From Minisyncoccota bacterium (GTDB lineage Bacteria > Patescibacteriota > Minisyncoccia > Phycocordibacterales > GCA-2747955): a stretch of DNA of 56,871 nucleotides. The DNA is taken from assembly GCA_937958705.1 (NCBI GenBank), contig CALGNJ010000007.1:1-56871 (forward strand), read 5' to 3'. Made by a program: the position numbers and the translations under genes. Each line of letters starts with the position of its first letter. Position 1 is the first letter of the stretch. Shown here piece by piece: positions 1-8,937 of this stretch. Under the pieces are notes generated by a model, which did not search any database, was not told the origin of the DNA, and saw nothing but the letters and a program-made list of their open reading frames with translations.

Positions 1-47
1 CCGTACACTTGTACGTCTTGGTGATTTTTTTCTTGTCTCCTTGAACT
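1..47 (+). repeat. Truncated copy (3' half) of an ~85-nt hairpin repeat family; the other copies are at 14717-14800 and 16737-16820 on the opposite strand
   Basis: ccgtacacttgtacgtcttggtgattttt..cttgtctcc aligns with the reverse complement of 14717-14762 (ccgtacatttgtacgacttggtggattttctcttgtctcc). Confidence 0.6.
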
Positions 48-104
48 AATTCTTGTTTAACACTTCTCTTTTTTCAGGAACGCATATTGTGGTGAACTAA
101 ATAA

Positions 105-136
105 ACAAAGCGTGCGTACGCCCGCTTTGTTTGTTA
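105..136 (+). terminator. Intrinsic terminator-like hairpin (acaaagcg/cgctttgt) followed by a T-rich run
   Basis: 8-bp stem with a 10-nt loop, then ttgtt. Confidence 0.45.
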
Positions 137-153
137 TCAAAAATTTTTTTACA

Positions 154-186
154 AGTAAAAAAACCCGCCGATATTCTGGCGGGTTT
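154..186 (-). terminator. Intrinsic terminator of the 208-513 gene
   Basis: aaacccgcc/ggcgggttt stem; the minus-strand transcript ends in a T-run. Confidence 0.7.
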
Positions 187-207
187 CACGTTTCTGTGAG
201 GTGGAGT

Positions 208-513
208 CTAAATAAGTGCACCACCTTTCATAAATATCATGACGACGATTGCTAGCGAAATCACTTGGCTAATCGCCATGGCCCAAAACATCTTAGTGTT
301 CCGAGTCTGTGCAGCAACAAGCATAAAAACTGTTTGAAGTACAAGAAATATAATGAACATTCCTGCTGAAGCACCGTCGGCACTCTCAGATTTTAAAACA
401 CTCAGCAGTCCTGGAACCATTGCGAGCGGATTCATCAATGAAATGAATCCTGCCATATCATTGAACTTTGAGTGTTTAGTGACCTTATCAGTCAGGCGAT
501 AAATATTTTCCAC
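208..513 (-). CDS. Small hydrophobic membrane protein (about 3 TM segments), function unknown
   Basis: ORF with GTG start preceded by gaggag. A terminator lies directly downstream and TTGACA-17-TATTCT lies upstream. Confidence 0.6.
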   Translation of the reverse strand: MENIYRLTDKVTKHSKFNDMAGFISLMNPLAMVPGLLSVLKSESADGASAGMFIIFLVLQTVFMLVAAQTRNTKMFWAMAISQVISLAIVVMIFMKGGALI

Positions 514-609
514 GATAGTCTCCTCATGTTTGTGGTGCGTTTCCGCAAGATTTTATCTTGAACCAAGAATAACAAATATTTGACATATTGTCAATAGATG
601 GTATAGAAA

Positions 610-1269
610 TTATAGGTACTTAGTAAGCCAGGTTTTACGGTGAAGTGCGCAAGCTCCATGTTCCTTAATTGCCTTGATATGTGCGACTGTTCCATAGCCT
701 TTGTGTTGTTCGAACCCGTACTGAGGATATGTAATACCGTACTCTTCCATTATTTCGTCTCGTGCCACCTTGGCGATTACTGAAGCAAGTGAGATCGCAA
801 AGACCTTGCCATCCCCTCCAATAATAGTTTTTTGTTTGTAATACGTGTCGGGTGCACGAAGTGACCCATCAAGAAAAATATAGTCTGTGGAAACTAAGCC
901 ATCTTTGGCAGCAATCTTAAGAGACCTCTCAATACCGCTTTTGAGACACGCACTAATCCCTTCTTGATCAATCTTCTCGGCTGACCCATACTGAATTGTG
1001 TAATTAATTAAACCCTTATCTTGTAGCTCTTGCGCGGTTTTAGCAAAAAGTCTCCGTTTGTTTACGTGGACTTTTTTAGAATCATTCATACCTTCAAAAT
1101 AGGTCTCAATCTCCTTATGGTCTTGAGCCTTGTACCACACAGCGCACACAGCAACAGGACCAGCGACCGGCCCCCTTCCTACCTCATCTATCCCTACGAT
1201 CATATTCTCTGAACGTAATGCTCTGGTAATTATTTTCTGAAAGTCGTTCCTTTTGCGCTTCATACACAT
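610..1269 (-). CDS. rnhB: Ribonuclease HII
   Basis: IVGIDEVGRGPVAGPVAV motif plus C-terminal GYGT..H...I..HG. The true start may be an internal Met. Confidence 0.9.
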   Translation of the reverse strand: MCMKRKRNDFQKIITRALRSENMIVGIDEVGRGPVAGPVAVCAVWYKAQDHKEIETYFEGMNDSKKVHVNKRRLFAKTAQELQDKGLINYTIQYGSAEKIDQEGISACLKSGIERSLKIAAKDGLVSTDYIFLDGSLRAPDTYYKQKTIIGGDGKVFAISLASVIAKVARDEIMEEYGITYPQYGFEQHKGYGTVAHIKAIKEHGACALHRKTWLTKYL

Positions 1270-1284
1270 ACAGTGTACCAGAGA

Positions 1285-1310
1285 CGAGTTCCAATCTGGA
1301 TTGGAACTCG
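1285..1310. repeat. REP-like palindrome, left flank of RAYT gene
   Basis: cGAGTTCCAATCtgGATTGGAACTCg. The 24-nt core is identical to 1972-1995. Confidence 0.85.
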
Positions 1311-1376
1311 TAATGACAGTTTTATAAGTTCAAGATAACAATTTCATTTAATGTATTTATAGACATAATTACTCGT

Positions 1377-1964
1377 ATGCATTCATTACGATTTGGTGAG
1401 CGAAAGGTTGGTGAGTTTTATCATATCTTCAATAGAGGAAACAACAAACGAGAGACTTTTCTTGATGTCCAAGACATAGAACAATTTGTTTCATTGCTTG
1501 AAAAGAAAAATACAGACAAAAACACAAAGAAGTCTCTAGTCTCGATTATTAGTTTTAGTATTTTAAATAATCATTTTCACCTACTTGCCAGGCAAGAACA
1601 AGAAGGTGGAATACAAACTTTTATGCATCGGATTGGCATTGCCTACACTATGTACTTTAATAAAAAATACGACACAACAGGATCTTTATTCCAAGGTAAG
1701 TATAAATTTGTTCTAGTCCCTCTTGATCAACTACAATCAAAAATAGTATATGTGAATTGTAACCATAAAATTCACAACCTTCAGCCTGTATTTAAAAATA
1801 CCTCAGGAATAGTCTGTCTCAAAGAAAAACAAGAGATATTTCAAGTTAAAGAATCTCTGAATTATTTTGACTCAATTAAACATCTTGAAAAGTACGCCGA
1901 GAGCGAGATCTTACATATACAACATCAACGAAATCAGTCATTGTTGTCTAAAAATGAACTATGA
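1377..1964 (+). CDS. IS200-like Y1 / REP-associated tyrosine transposase (RAYT)-like protein
   Basis: HUH motif NNHFHLL and downstream Tyr motif VYVNCNH. Paralogous to 48226-48882. Bracketed by identical palindromes. Confidence 0.75.
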   Translation: MHSLRFGERKVGEFYHIFNRGNNKRETFLDVQDIEQFVSLLEKKNTDKNTKKSLVSIISFSILNNHFHLLARQEQEGGIQTFMHRIGIAYTMYFNKKYDTTGSLFQGKYKFVLVPLDQLQSKIVYVNCNHKIHNLQPVFKNTSGIVCLKEKQEIFQVKESLNYFDSIKHLEKYAESEILHIQHQRNQSLLSKNEL

Positions 1965-2810
1965 TTAACTTGAGTTCCAATCTGGATTGGAACTCAGCGT
2001 TTTGGACCAGAATGATAGCGGGCCGATTTTCTTGAATCGTCCAACTTTTGTACGATGAATAGAAAACGCAAGTCCCACAAAACCAAGTTTACTTGCGATG
2101 TCTTCAGCGAGTGTTCTCATGTACGTCCCTGAGCTACATACCGCTCTAAACTTTAGAATGTAAAATTCACCATCAGCAGCGCTTTCAAGCTCGGCATATC
2201 TCTTTCTAATATCTGGTCTACGAAAATCATTTCCTAGTGCTTTAGTGTGTTCTGTTACCGGCTTTATTGATTCAATCTTTTGTGAGATCTGGGAAAATAG
2301 TTCTTGTGTCGTAACAGACTCTGTTCCAATATGTTGGATAGAAAATATCTCTACATCTTTTGTAGGAATCTCGACAGAGTCGATATCTCCTTCTAATGCA
2401 TATTTAAATAGTGGTTTCCCATTCACTGTTTTTGATGAGAATGCGGGATATGGAATTGTCCGCTTTCCAGAAAGCTCTTCGAGCACGGTACGAATCTCTT
2501 CCGTCGTCGGAGCATCCTGTGGTCGCTCTGGTCCAAGTTGTGCCATACCAAGCACATCACCTGTATCTGTTTTCATTCCTACAAGTACCTCAAACACATA
2601 CTCTTTATCAAGACCCATATAGTTTTTTTGCCTCTTACACTCCTCTCCAACTAATACAAGCAGAGTCCCTGACGCAAGAGGATCAAGTCTTCCAGCATAT
2701 GACATAGGCACGGCTGCATAGGCATGATTCTCAGCCTTAAAATTATCAAGCACCTCAAGAGGTGTCTCTCCGATTTCTTTATTGAGTATTAGATATTTCG
2801 GTAATTTCAT
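1965..2810 (-). CDS. truB: tRNA pseudouridine(55) synthase TruB
   Basis: AGRLDPLASGTLLVLVGEE catalytic-Asp motif. The last ~8 residues (NPDWNSS) are encoded by the palindrome. Confidence 0.88.
   Translation of the reverse strand: MKLPKYLILNKEIGETPLEVLDNFKAENHAYAAVPMSYAGRLDPLASGTLLVLVGEECKRQKNYMGLDKEYVFEVLVGMKTDTGDVLGMAQLGPERPQDAPTTEEIRTVLEELSGKRTIPYPAFSSKTVNGKPLFKYALEGDIDSVEIPTKDVEIFSIQHIGTESVTTQELFSQISQKIESIKPVTEHTKALGNDFRRPDIRKRYAELESAADGEFYILKFRAVCSSGTYMRTLAEDIASKLGFVGLAFSIHRTKVGRFKKIGPLSFWSKTLSSNPDWNSS
1971..1996. repeat. REP-like palindrome, right flank of RAYT gene
   Basis: tGAGTTCCAATCtgGATTGGAACTCa. It overlaps the last codons of truB. Confidence 0.85.
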
Positions 2811-3597
2811 CTTGTGTTACTACGTTATATGGAACAGTGACTACAACCTCTACAGACTCGATATTTACAGGTACCTTTACAAATACTTTTTTAAAACTAT
2901 CCTGTGGTTTGAACTCTATCTTTTGGACTAATCCAGCAACATACACGTTGTATCCTGGAAGAGTCACCGCATCACCCACAGCAACTTCAAAGTCCCGTGG
3001 TACATCTACTCGCATAGTTCCCCCGCCTTGCCCGATTGATTCAAAAGAAACGTCTCGCAGATTCATGATTGTTGAATTTTTTGGAGCCGAGAATAATAAA
3101 ATTTTTGAACCTGTATTGTTTGATCTCGCCACTGTCCCGAGTGTAATAAAATCAGAGAACAAAGCCAGGTCACCAACAGACACTCCCTCTTTAAGTCCTG
3201 CATCAATGGTATAGATATCATACGGACTAAATGGTGGTTTCTTAATTACCCCCGCCACTACTTTTGAAAGACCTGTGCCATTTCCAAGCAGCCTCAATAG
3301 TTCTTCGTTGCGTTCCCTCAGTGCAGCAATACCAAATTCATCAGCCTTCATTTGATTAATCTCTTGCTGTAGTTTTGTGTTTTCTTGTATAAGATCTTGC
3401 TTGCTTACTGTGGTACTAAATACAGCATCCTTTGCATTATTTGTGACAGAAACCACCCCTGACCCGAGTGACGTGATGGTCCCCCCAAGCAATGTAAACA
3501 ATCCTAAAGCAATACTAAAAACAAAAATGGCCACAAGTGTCTTGAGCCAGAAGTTTTTGCGTTGTTGTCTTTTTTTACTGGATAATCGGTAACTCAT
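2779..3597 (-). CDS. mreC: Rod shape-determining protein MreC
   Basis: N-terminal TM, coiled coil and beta-rich C-terminus, directly downstream of mreB. Confidence 0.8.
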   Translation of the reverse strand: MSYRLSSKKRQQRKNFWLKTLVAIFVFSIALGLFTLLGGTITSLGSGVVSVTNNAKDAVFSTTVSKQDLIQENTKLQQEINQMKADEFGIAALRERNEELLRLLGNGTGLSKVVAGVIKKPPFSPYDIYTIDAGLKEGVSVGDLALFSDFITLGTVARSNNTGSKILLFSAPKNSTIMNLRDVSFESIGQGGGTMRVDVPRDFEVAVGDAVTLPGYNVYVAGLVQKIEFKPQDSFKKVFVKVPVNIESVEVVVTVPYNVVTQDEITEISNTQ

Positions 3598-4654
3598 TGT
3601 CGTATGATACTAATGTTTCTTCGTAATCTTCAAGATTCTCTAGGATAACTCCTGTTCCTCGTGCTACTGCAGTTAACGGGTCAGCCACAATATGCACCGG
3701 CACTTTAATTGCCTGTGAGATGTATTTATCAATTCCATCAATAAGTGCCCCTCCTCCCGAAAGATAAATACCTGAACCAATCGTGTCAGAAAGAATCTCT
3801 GGCGGTGTTGTTTCAATAACTCCTCTAATGGCATCCAGAAGAGTCTCCACCGAGTTTTGCATCGCATTCCTGACATCTTTATCTGTAACCTCCATCTCTT
3901 TTGGTAGTCCTGAAATGAGGTCCCGTCCTCGCATTTTTCCTTTCTTTTTTTCTTGTTTCTCAATCACTCGTCCAACTGACATCTTTAGATCCTCCGCAGT
4001 CTTCTCTCCAATGAGTACTTTATATGTATCTCGCATGTACGTGATAATATCTTGATTAAACTTATCGCCGGCAATTTTAATATTTTTTGAATTTACAATT
4101 CCACCAAGTGACATGACTGCAATATCTGTTGTTCCCCCTCCAATGTCAATTAAGATAGTTCCTTTTGCTGCTTTGACAGGGAGCCGGTCTCCGATAGCTG
4201 CAGCCATTGGCTCTTCAATAATATAGACCTCTCGTGCTCCTGCGTCTGTCGCTGCATCTCGCACCGCACGCGTCTCTACGTTTGTAATACCAGAAGGAAC
4301 ACCAACAATAACTCGAGGTCCCATAAGTTTTCCGTATTCTTTCTCTGCTTTGTTAATCAAATATGCAATCATCTCTCCTGCAACTTCAAAGTTCGAAATT
4401 ACTCCGTCGATAATAGGTCGTTCCGCTGTGATGTGCGCAGGTGTCCGACCAAGCATTTCTTTTGCCGCTGCACCTACCGCAACTACTCGGTTAGTTTTTT
4501 TATTTAAAGCCACAACAGACGGCTCGTCAATTACCACTCCTTTCCCTGCTAAATACACCAATGTATTGGCTGTTCCAAGGTCAATTCCAATATCATTTGA
4601 AACCAATCTAAATAGTTTGTTTTTTATTTTTCTAAATGTAGATGGAGATTCCAT
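3575..4654 (-). CDS. mreB: Rod shape-determining protein MreB (actin-like ATPase)
   Basis: IGIDLGTANTLVY, DIGGGTTD and YLSGGGA motifs. ATG at 4654 preferred over the TTG at 4705. Confidence 0.92.
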   Translation of the reverse strand: MESPSTFRKIKNKLFRLVSNDIGIDLGTANTLVYLAGKGVVIDEPSVVALNKKTNRVVAVGAAAKEMLGRTPAHITAERPIIDGVISNFEVAGEMIAYLINKAEKEYGKLMGPRVIVGVPSGITNVETRAVRDAATDAGAREVYIIEEPMAAAIGDRLPVKAAKGTILIDIGGGTTDIAVMSLGGIVNSKNIKIAGDKFNQDIITYMRDTYKVLIGEKTAEDLKMSVGRVIEKQEKKKGKMRGRDLISGLPKEMEVTDKDVRNAMQNSVETLLDAIRGVIETTPPEILSDTIGSGIYLSGGGALIDGIDKYISQAIKVPVHIVADPLTAVARGTGVILENLEDYEETLVSYDNELPIIQ

Positions 4655-4762
4655 AATGTATACAATAATAGCAGGAAGCTGCTTATTTTCCAATTTACGC
4701 AACAAGAAAAGGCACCCTTCCAGGAGCCTTTTATTTTTTTGATTCTAGGGATCTCTGTGAAT

Positions 4763-4972
4763 CTAAGCAGAGAGGCTGCACGCTGTCCAGAAACACAGAC
4801 CTCCCACAAAAGTCAGGAGGAACTTTACCTCAATACTCACTGCTCGTTCTGGGTTGATGAAACCCACAAAAACGAACGCGAAGCAGACCACAGCCGTCAC
4901 TAGAAAGAATGAAACTCCTATAAGGTGTCGTTTCGTTTCTTTATCAAATTCTTGCTTCCACTCATTCTTCAT
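4763..4972 (-). CDS. Small membrane protein (2 TM), unknown function
   Basis: ORF with two hydrophobic helices and a hairpin just downstream. Confidence 0.45.
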   Translation of the reverse strand: MKNEWKQEFDKETKRHLIGVSFFLVTAVVCFAFVFVGFINPERAVSIEVKFLLTFVGGLCFWTACSLSA

Positions 4973-5092
4973 ATCTTTATTTCCCTTGCTTTTATTAGTG
5001 AGTACTAGGCATTACGATACTTATAAAATATATAATTGTCAAATATTCATTTGTAAATTTTTTCAGTTGGTGTTGTTTGTTATAATTTAAAA

Positions 5093-8000
5093 ATGTCATT
5101 TACGCACCTACACGTACACTCCCACTATTCCCTACTGAATGCACTTCCTAAGATTCCAGATCTTGTGAAGCGTGCAAAGAAAAACGGGCAAGCTGCACTT
5201 GCTCTTACTGATGACGCAAACCTATATGGTGCAGTCGAGTTTTACAAGACTTGTAACAAAGAAGGTATCAAACCAATCATTGGTGTTGATTTTTACATGG
5301 CAACCAGAACCAGGACGGATAAAGTTGCGGGAATCGATAATCGTCGATACCGTCTGGTTCTTCTAGCAAAAAACACCAACGGATACCAAAACTTGATGCG
5401 ACTTGTTTCCCGGGCATACACAGAAGGGTTTTACTACAAAGCCAGGATCGACCGTGAACTACTCGAAGAGTACAAAGATGATCTTGTTTGTATTATTCCT
5501 CAGTTCTCGGGAGAAACATCTGGACACCTTAAATTAAATAACAAAGAACGATCAGAAGAATCACTTAATTTTTATAAAAAACTTTTTGGAGATGATTTGT
5601 ATCTCGAAGTCTTACACCAGCCTGGGATTGAAGGACAGACAGAACTCCGAGAAAAGATAATTAACTTTGGTAAAGAACACGACGTAAAACTTGTTGCGAC
5701 TGGTGACACGTATTATCTGGATCTTCCAGATAAAGCAGCTCGAGAGGTTCTTGTTGATGTAGGAAACGTAAAGATGGGTGGTGGATTCCATAACGAAGCA
5801 GAAGACTTCTCTTTCCAAAAACCGGTAGACATCAAAAAACAGTTCAAAGATATTCCTGAGGCAATCTCAAACACACAAGAAATTGTAGATAAATGTAACG
5901 TGGAAATTGAACTTGGTGTATGGACCTTCCCCAGCTTTGTCTTAGACGAAGGAGAGACCGCCGAGTCGCAACTCCTGAAAGCGGCGATGAAAGGATTTGA
6001 GACCCGTGGACTTGAACAAACAGATGAGTACATGAAACGTCTTCGGTACGAGCTGGAAGTAATTGAAAACAAAGGATACTCGACGTACTTCCTGGTGGTA
6101 TCTGACTTATTCCGGGCGGCGAAAGAACGTGACATTGAAACAAACACCCGTGGTTCCGCTGCTGGTTGTTTAACATCGTATCTAATTCACATCACAAACA
6201 TTGACCCTATTGCATACAAACTTCCCTTCGAACGATTCTTGAACCCAGAACGTCCTTCTCCTCCTGATGTTGATATGGATATTGCCGATGATAAACGGGA
6301 CGAACTGATTGAATACACGAGACAAAAGTATGGTGCTGATAAGGTGGCACAGATTGGTACCTTTGGAACTATGGCGGCTCGTGGAGCTTGTCGGGATGCA
6401 GCTCGTGCTATGGGATATCCATATCAAAAAGGAGACCAGATTTCTAAACTTATTCCTATGGGAAAGCAAGGATTCCCTATGACTATTACTCGTGCGCTCA
6501 AAGAAACTCCAGACCTCAAGGCTCTCTACGGTGCAGACCCTGAGGCGAAAGACATCATTGATATGGCACAAAAAATTGAAGGGTGTGCCCGTCACATTTC
6601 TGTGCACGCGGCTGGTGTTGTTATTGCGCCTGATGAGATCACCAAGTACACACCGGTACAAATTGACCCCAAGGGTGGAAAACTGATTACCCAATATAAC
6701 ATGCACGCCGTTGAAGACGCAGGTCTTTTAAAATATGACTTTCTAGGGCTCAAGAACTTGACGATCATTCATGAAACCATGAAAAGACTGCGTAAAACTC
6801 GGGGTATCGAATTTGATCTGCAGACTATTCCTCTTGATGACCCTGCCGCATTTAAGATGTTTGCTGACGGACAAACATACGGTATTTTCCAAATGGCTTC
6901 TGAAGGAATGACCAAATGGCTTAAAGAACTAAAACCAACAACGATTCATGACATCAATGCTATGGTGGCATTGTATCGTCCGGGTCCCATGGACTTCATC
7001 CCCGACTATATTGAGCGTAAATATAATCCGTCGAAAGTAAAATACCCTGACCCACGAATGGAGCCGTTCTTGTCTGACTCTCTTGGGCTCATGATTTACC
7101 AAGAAGACGTGATGCTTATTGCCGTGGAAATCGCAGGATATTCGTGGCTTGAAGCTGATAAATTCCGTAAAGCCATGGGTAAGAAGATTCCAGAAGTTAT
7201 GGCCGAGCAGGAAGAAAAATTCACCACAGGTTGCATCGCAAACGGAATGAAAGAAAAAGTTGTGACAAAACTATGGGAAGATATCACCAAATTTGCCGCC
7301 TACGGATTCAACAAGTCTCATGCTGCCTCATATGGTCGTGTTGCATACCAAACGGCATACTTGAAAGCAAACTACCCTTCTGAATACATGGCGGCTCTGT
7401 TGTCTGCTGACTCTGGTGATAACGAGAGGATTGCAAAGGCGGTTGAAGAATGTCGAGTGATGGGAATTCCTGTCTTGCCTCCGGACGTAAATGAGTCATT
7501 CGAAGACTTTGGAGTAACAGCCGGAGCAACACGTGCTGATGACACTATTAGGTTTGGACTACGAACTATTAAAAACTTTGGAGATAACCTCGCGACAACT
7601 ATTGTTGCTGAGAGAAAAGCAAACGGAAAGTTTGAATCACTTGAAGACTTCTTGTTGCGAGTTAACGGTCGTGACCTAAACAAAAAATCTCTTGAAGCCC
7701 TTGCTCTTGCTGGAGGTCTTGATTCCCTAGCTGACAGGAGTGCTGTTGTAGGAAATCTGGATGACCTCTTAGGGTTTGCTAAGTCTCAGCGAGAACAAAA
7801 TAAGGCGCAAGACTCTTTATTCTCAATGATGACAGACGACCAAGCTCAGTCACACCTCAATCTACTGCCAGTTGAAGGAAAGACTATTCGAGTCAAAACA
7901 ACAGGGATGGAATTTGAAATAATAAACGAACTCCCTCTTTCAAAGAAAGATACACTTTTTTGGGAGAAGCAACTTTTGGGACTGTATGTGACTGGACACC

Positions 8001-8317
8001 CAATCGGAAAAAAGAATCAACAAAAAATTATCAGCATGGGTATGGATGTTAAGACCACAAAGAATGCTGCCTCTGGTGTTAGGAAGGTAATCGGTATTGT
8101 AGACGCAGTTAAAGAAATACAAACTAAAAAAGGTGACACTATGGCATTTGTGAGTTTCTCTGACACACATGAAAGTATTGAGTTAGTTGTGTTCCCTGAT
8201 GCATACAAGGAGAACAAAGAGCTACTCCATGGTGATGGAATCCTGCAAGTAGTCGGAAAACTTAACCGTCGAGACGGTGAAGTATCTCTCTTGCTCGACA
8301 AAGTAAAACGACTTTAA
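5093..8317 (+). CDS. dnaE: DNA polymerase III alpha subunit
   Basis: PHP start FTHLHVHSHYSLL, the FNKSHAASY motif and a C-terminal OB-fold region. Confidence 0.97.
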   Translation: MSFTHLHVHSHYSLLNALPKIPDLVKRAKKNGQAALALTDDANLYGAVEFYKTCNKEGIKPIIGVDFYMATRTRTDKVAGIDNRRYRLVLLAKNTNGYQNLMRLVSRAYTEGFYYKARIDRELLEEYKDDLVCIIPQFSGETSGHLKLNNKERSEESLNFYKKLFGDDLYLEVLHQPGIEGQTELREKIINFGKEHDVKLVATGDTYYLDLPDKAAREVLVDVGNVKMGGGFHNEAEDFSFQKPVDIKKQFKDIPEAISNTQEIVDKCNVEIELGVWTFPSFVLDEGETAESQLLKAAMKGFETRGLEQTDEYMKRLRYELEVIENKGYSTYFLVVSDLFRAAKERDIETNTRGSAAGCLTSYLIHITNIDPIAYKLPFERFLNPERPSPPDVDMDIADDKRDELIEYTRQKYGADKVAQIGTFGTMAARGACRDAARAMGYPYQKGDQISKLIPMGKQGFPMTITRALKETPDLKALYGADPEAKDIIDMAQKIEGCARHISVHAAGVVIAPDEITKYTPVQIDPKGGKLITQYNMHAVEDAGLLKYDFLGLKNLTIIHETMKRLRKTRGIEFDLQTIPLDDPAAFKMFADGQTYGIFQMASEGMTKWLKELKPTTIHDINAMVALYRPGPMDFIPDYIERKYNPSKVKYPDPRMEPFLSDSLGLMIYQEDVMLIAVEIAGYSWLEADKFRKAMGKKIPEVMAEQEEKFTTGCIANGMKEKVVTKLWEDITKFAAYGFNKSHAASYGRVAYQTAYLKANYPSEYMAALLSADSGDNERIAKAVEECRVMGIPVLPPDVNESFEDFGVTAGATRADDTIRFGLRTIKNFGDNLATTIVAERKANGKFESLEDFLLRVNGRDLNKKSLEALALAGGLDSLADRSAVVGNLDDLLGFAKSQREQNKAQDSLFSMMTDDQAQSHLNLLPVEGKTIRVKTTGMEFEIINELPLSKKDTLFWEKQLLGLYVTGHPIGKKNQQKIISMGMDVKTTKNAASGVRKVIGIVDAVKEIQTKKGDTMAFVSFSDTHESIELVVFPDAYKENKELLHGDGILQVVGKLNRRDGEVSLLLDKVKRL

Positions 8318-8325
8318 GTCTATGC

Positions 8326-8361
8326 GAGAAACTCTGTTCTTTGTATGGAGTTTCTTTTTTA
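8326..8361 (+). terminator. Intrinsic terminator after dnaE
   Basis: gagaaact/gagtttct stem followed by ttttt. Confidence 0.6.
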
Positions 8362-8420
8362 TAAAAAAGAAACGCATCTTGTGATGCAGTAATTAGGTCA
8401 GCAACCTGAGGAGGAGAGAT

Positions 8421-8846
8421 ATGACAAAGCAAACAAATGCCTTAAAGGCATACCTTGAGCGGAAAAATAAAGATGTAATCCCATCCATCGGCCTCGACCA
8501 AGCAGTCCGGTATGTTCTTGGTAAAAAAAATGGACACAAACACAGTGCCCTGAATGAACTGTTGGTAGATGCTGTGAAGAGCGGTGACTTGCTGGTCGCA
8601 GAACAAATCTGCATGCGCAGCGACCTTGAGCTTACGCGGAATGATCACATGACTATTGCTGAATATCATCTGTCCCGAACTCGTATCTGCAGTGTTGAGA
8701 CTGCTGTGCGCGATATGGATTTTGATATCTTCGTCGGATGGTGCGCAGAACTCCTACGGACCAGGCCAATTCATCTGTCCAAAACTGCGCTCACCTGGCT
8801 TAAAAGACAGCCTGTCATTCTTGGCATTGGGCCTGCTCTTTCTTAA
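8421..8846 (+). CDS. Hypothetical protein
   Basis: ORF with a strong SD (gaggaggag). No motif I recognise. Confidence 0.55.
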   Translation: MTKQTNALKAYLERKNKDVIPSIGLDQAVRYVLGKKNGHKHSALNELLVDAVKSGDLLVAEQICMRSDLELTRNDHMTIAEYHLSRTRICSVETAVRDMDFDIFVGWCAELLRTRPIHLSKTALTWLKRQPVILGIGPALS

Positions 8847-8937
8847 ACGCATATTCTATATGCACACTAGTTCGCCCCGACTATAAGCCGGGACGATATT
8901 TTTATAAAAACACTTTGATTGATACAATAGTCAAACT

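Noticed and set aside
580-594. Palindrome TTGACAtatTGTCAA as a regulator operator.
   Set aside because: It is a single occurrence that coincides with the -35 box of the 208-513 gene. The evidence is insufficient beyond a promoter element.
5612-8301. Numerous 60-174-aa ORFs antisense to or out of frame within dnaE.
   Set aside because: They lie entirely inside a confidently identified 1074-aa gene. They have low-complexity or Ser/Cys/Arg-rich translations and no start signals. They are shadow ORFs.
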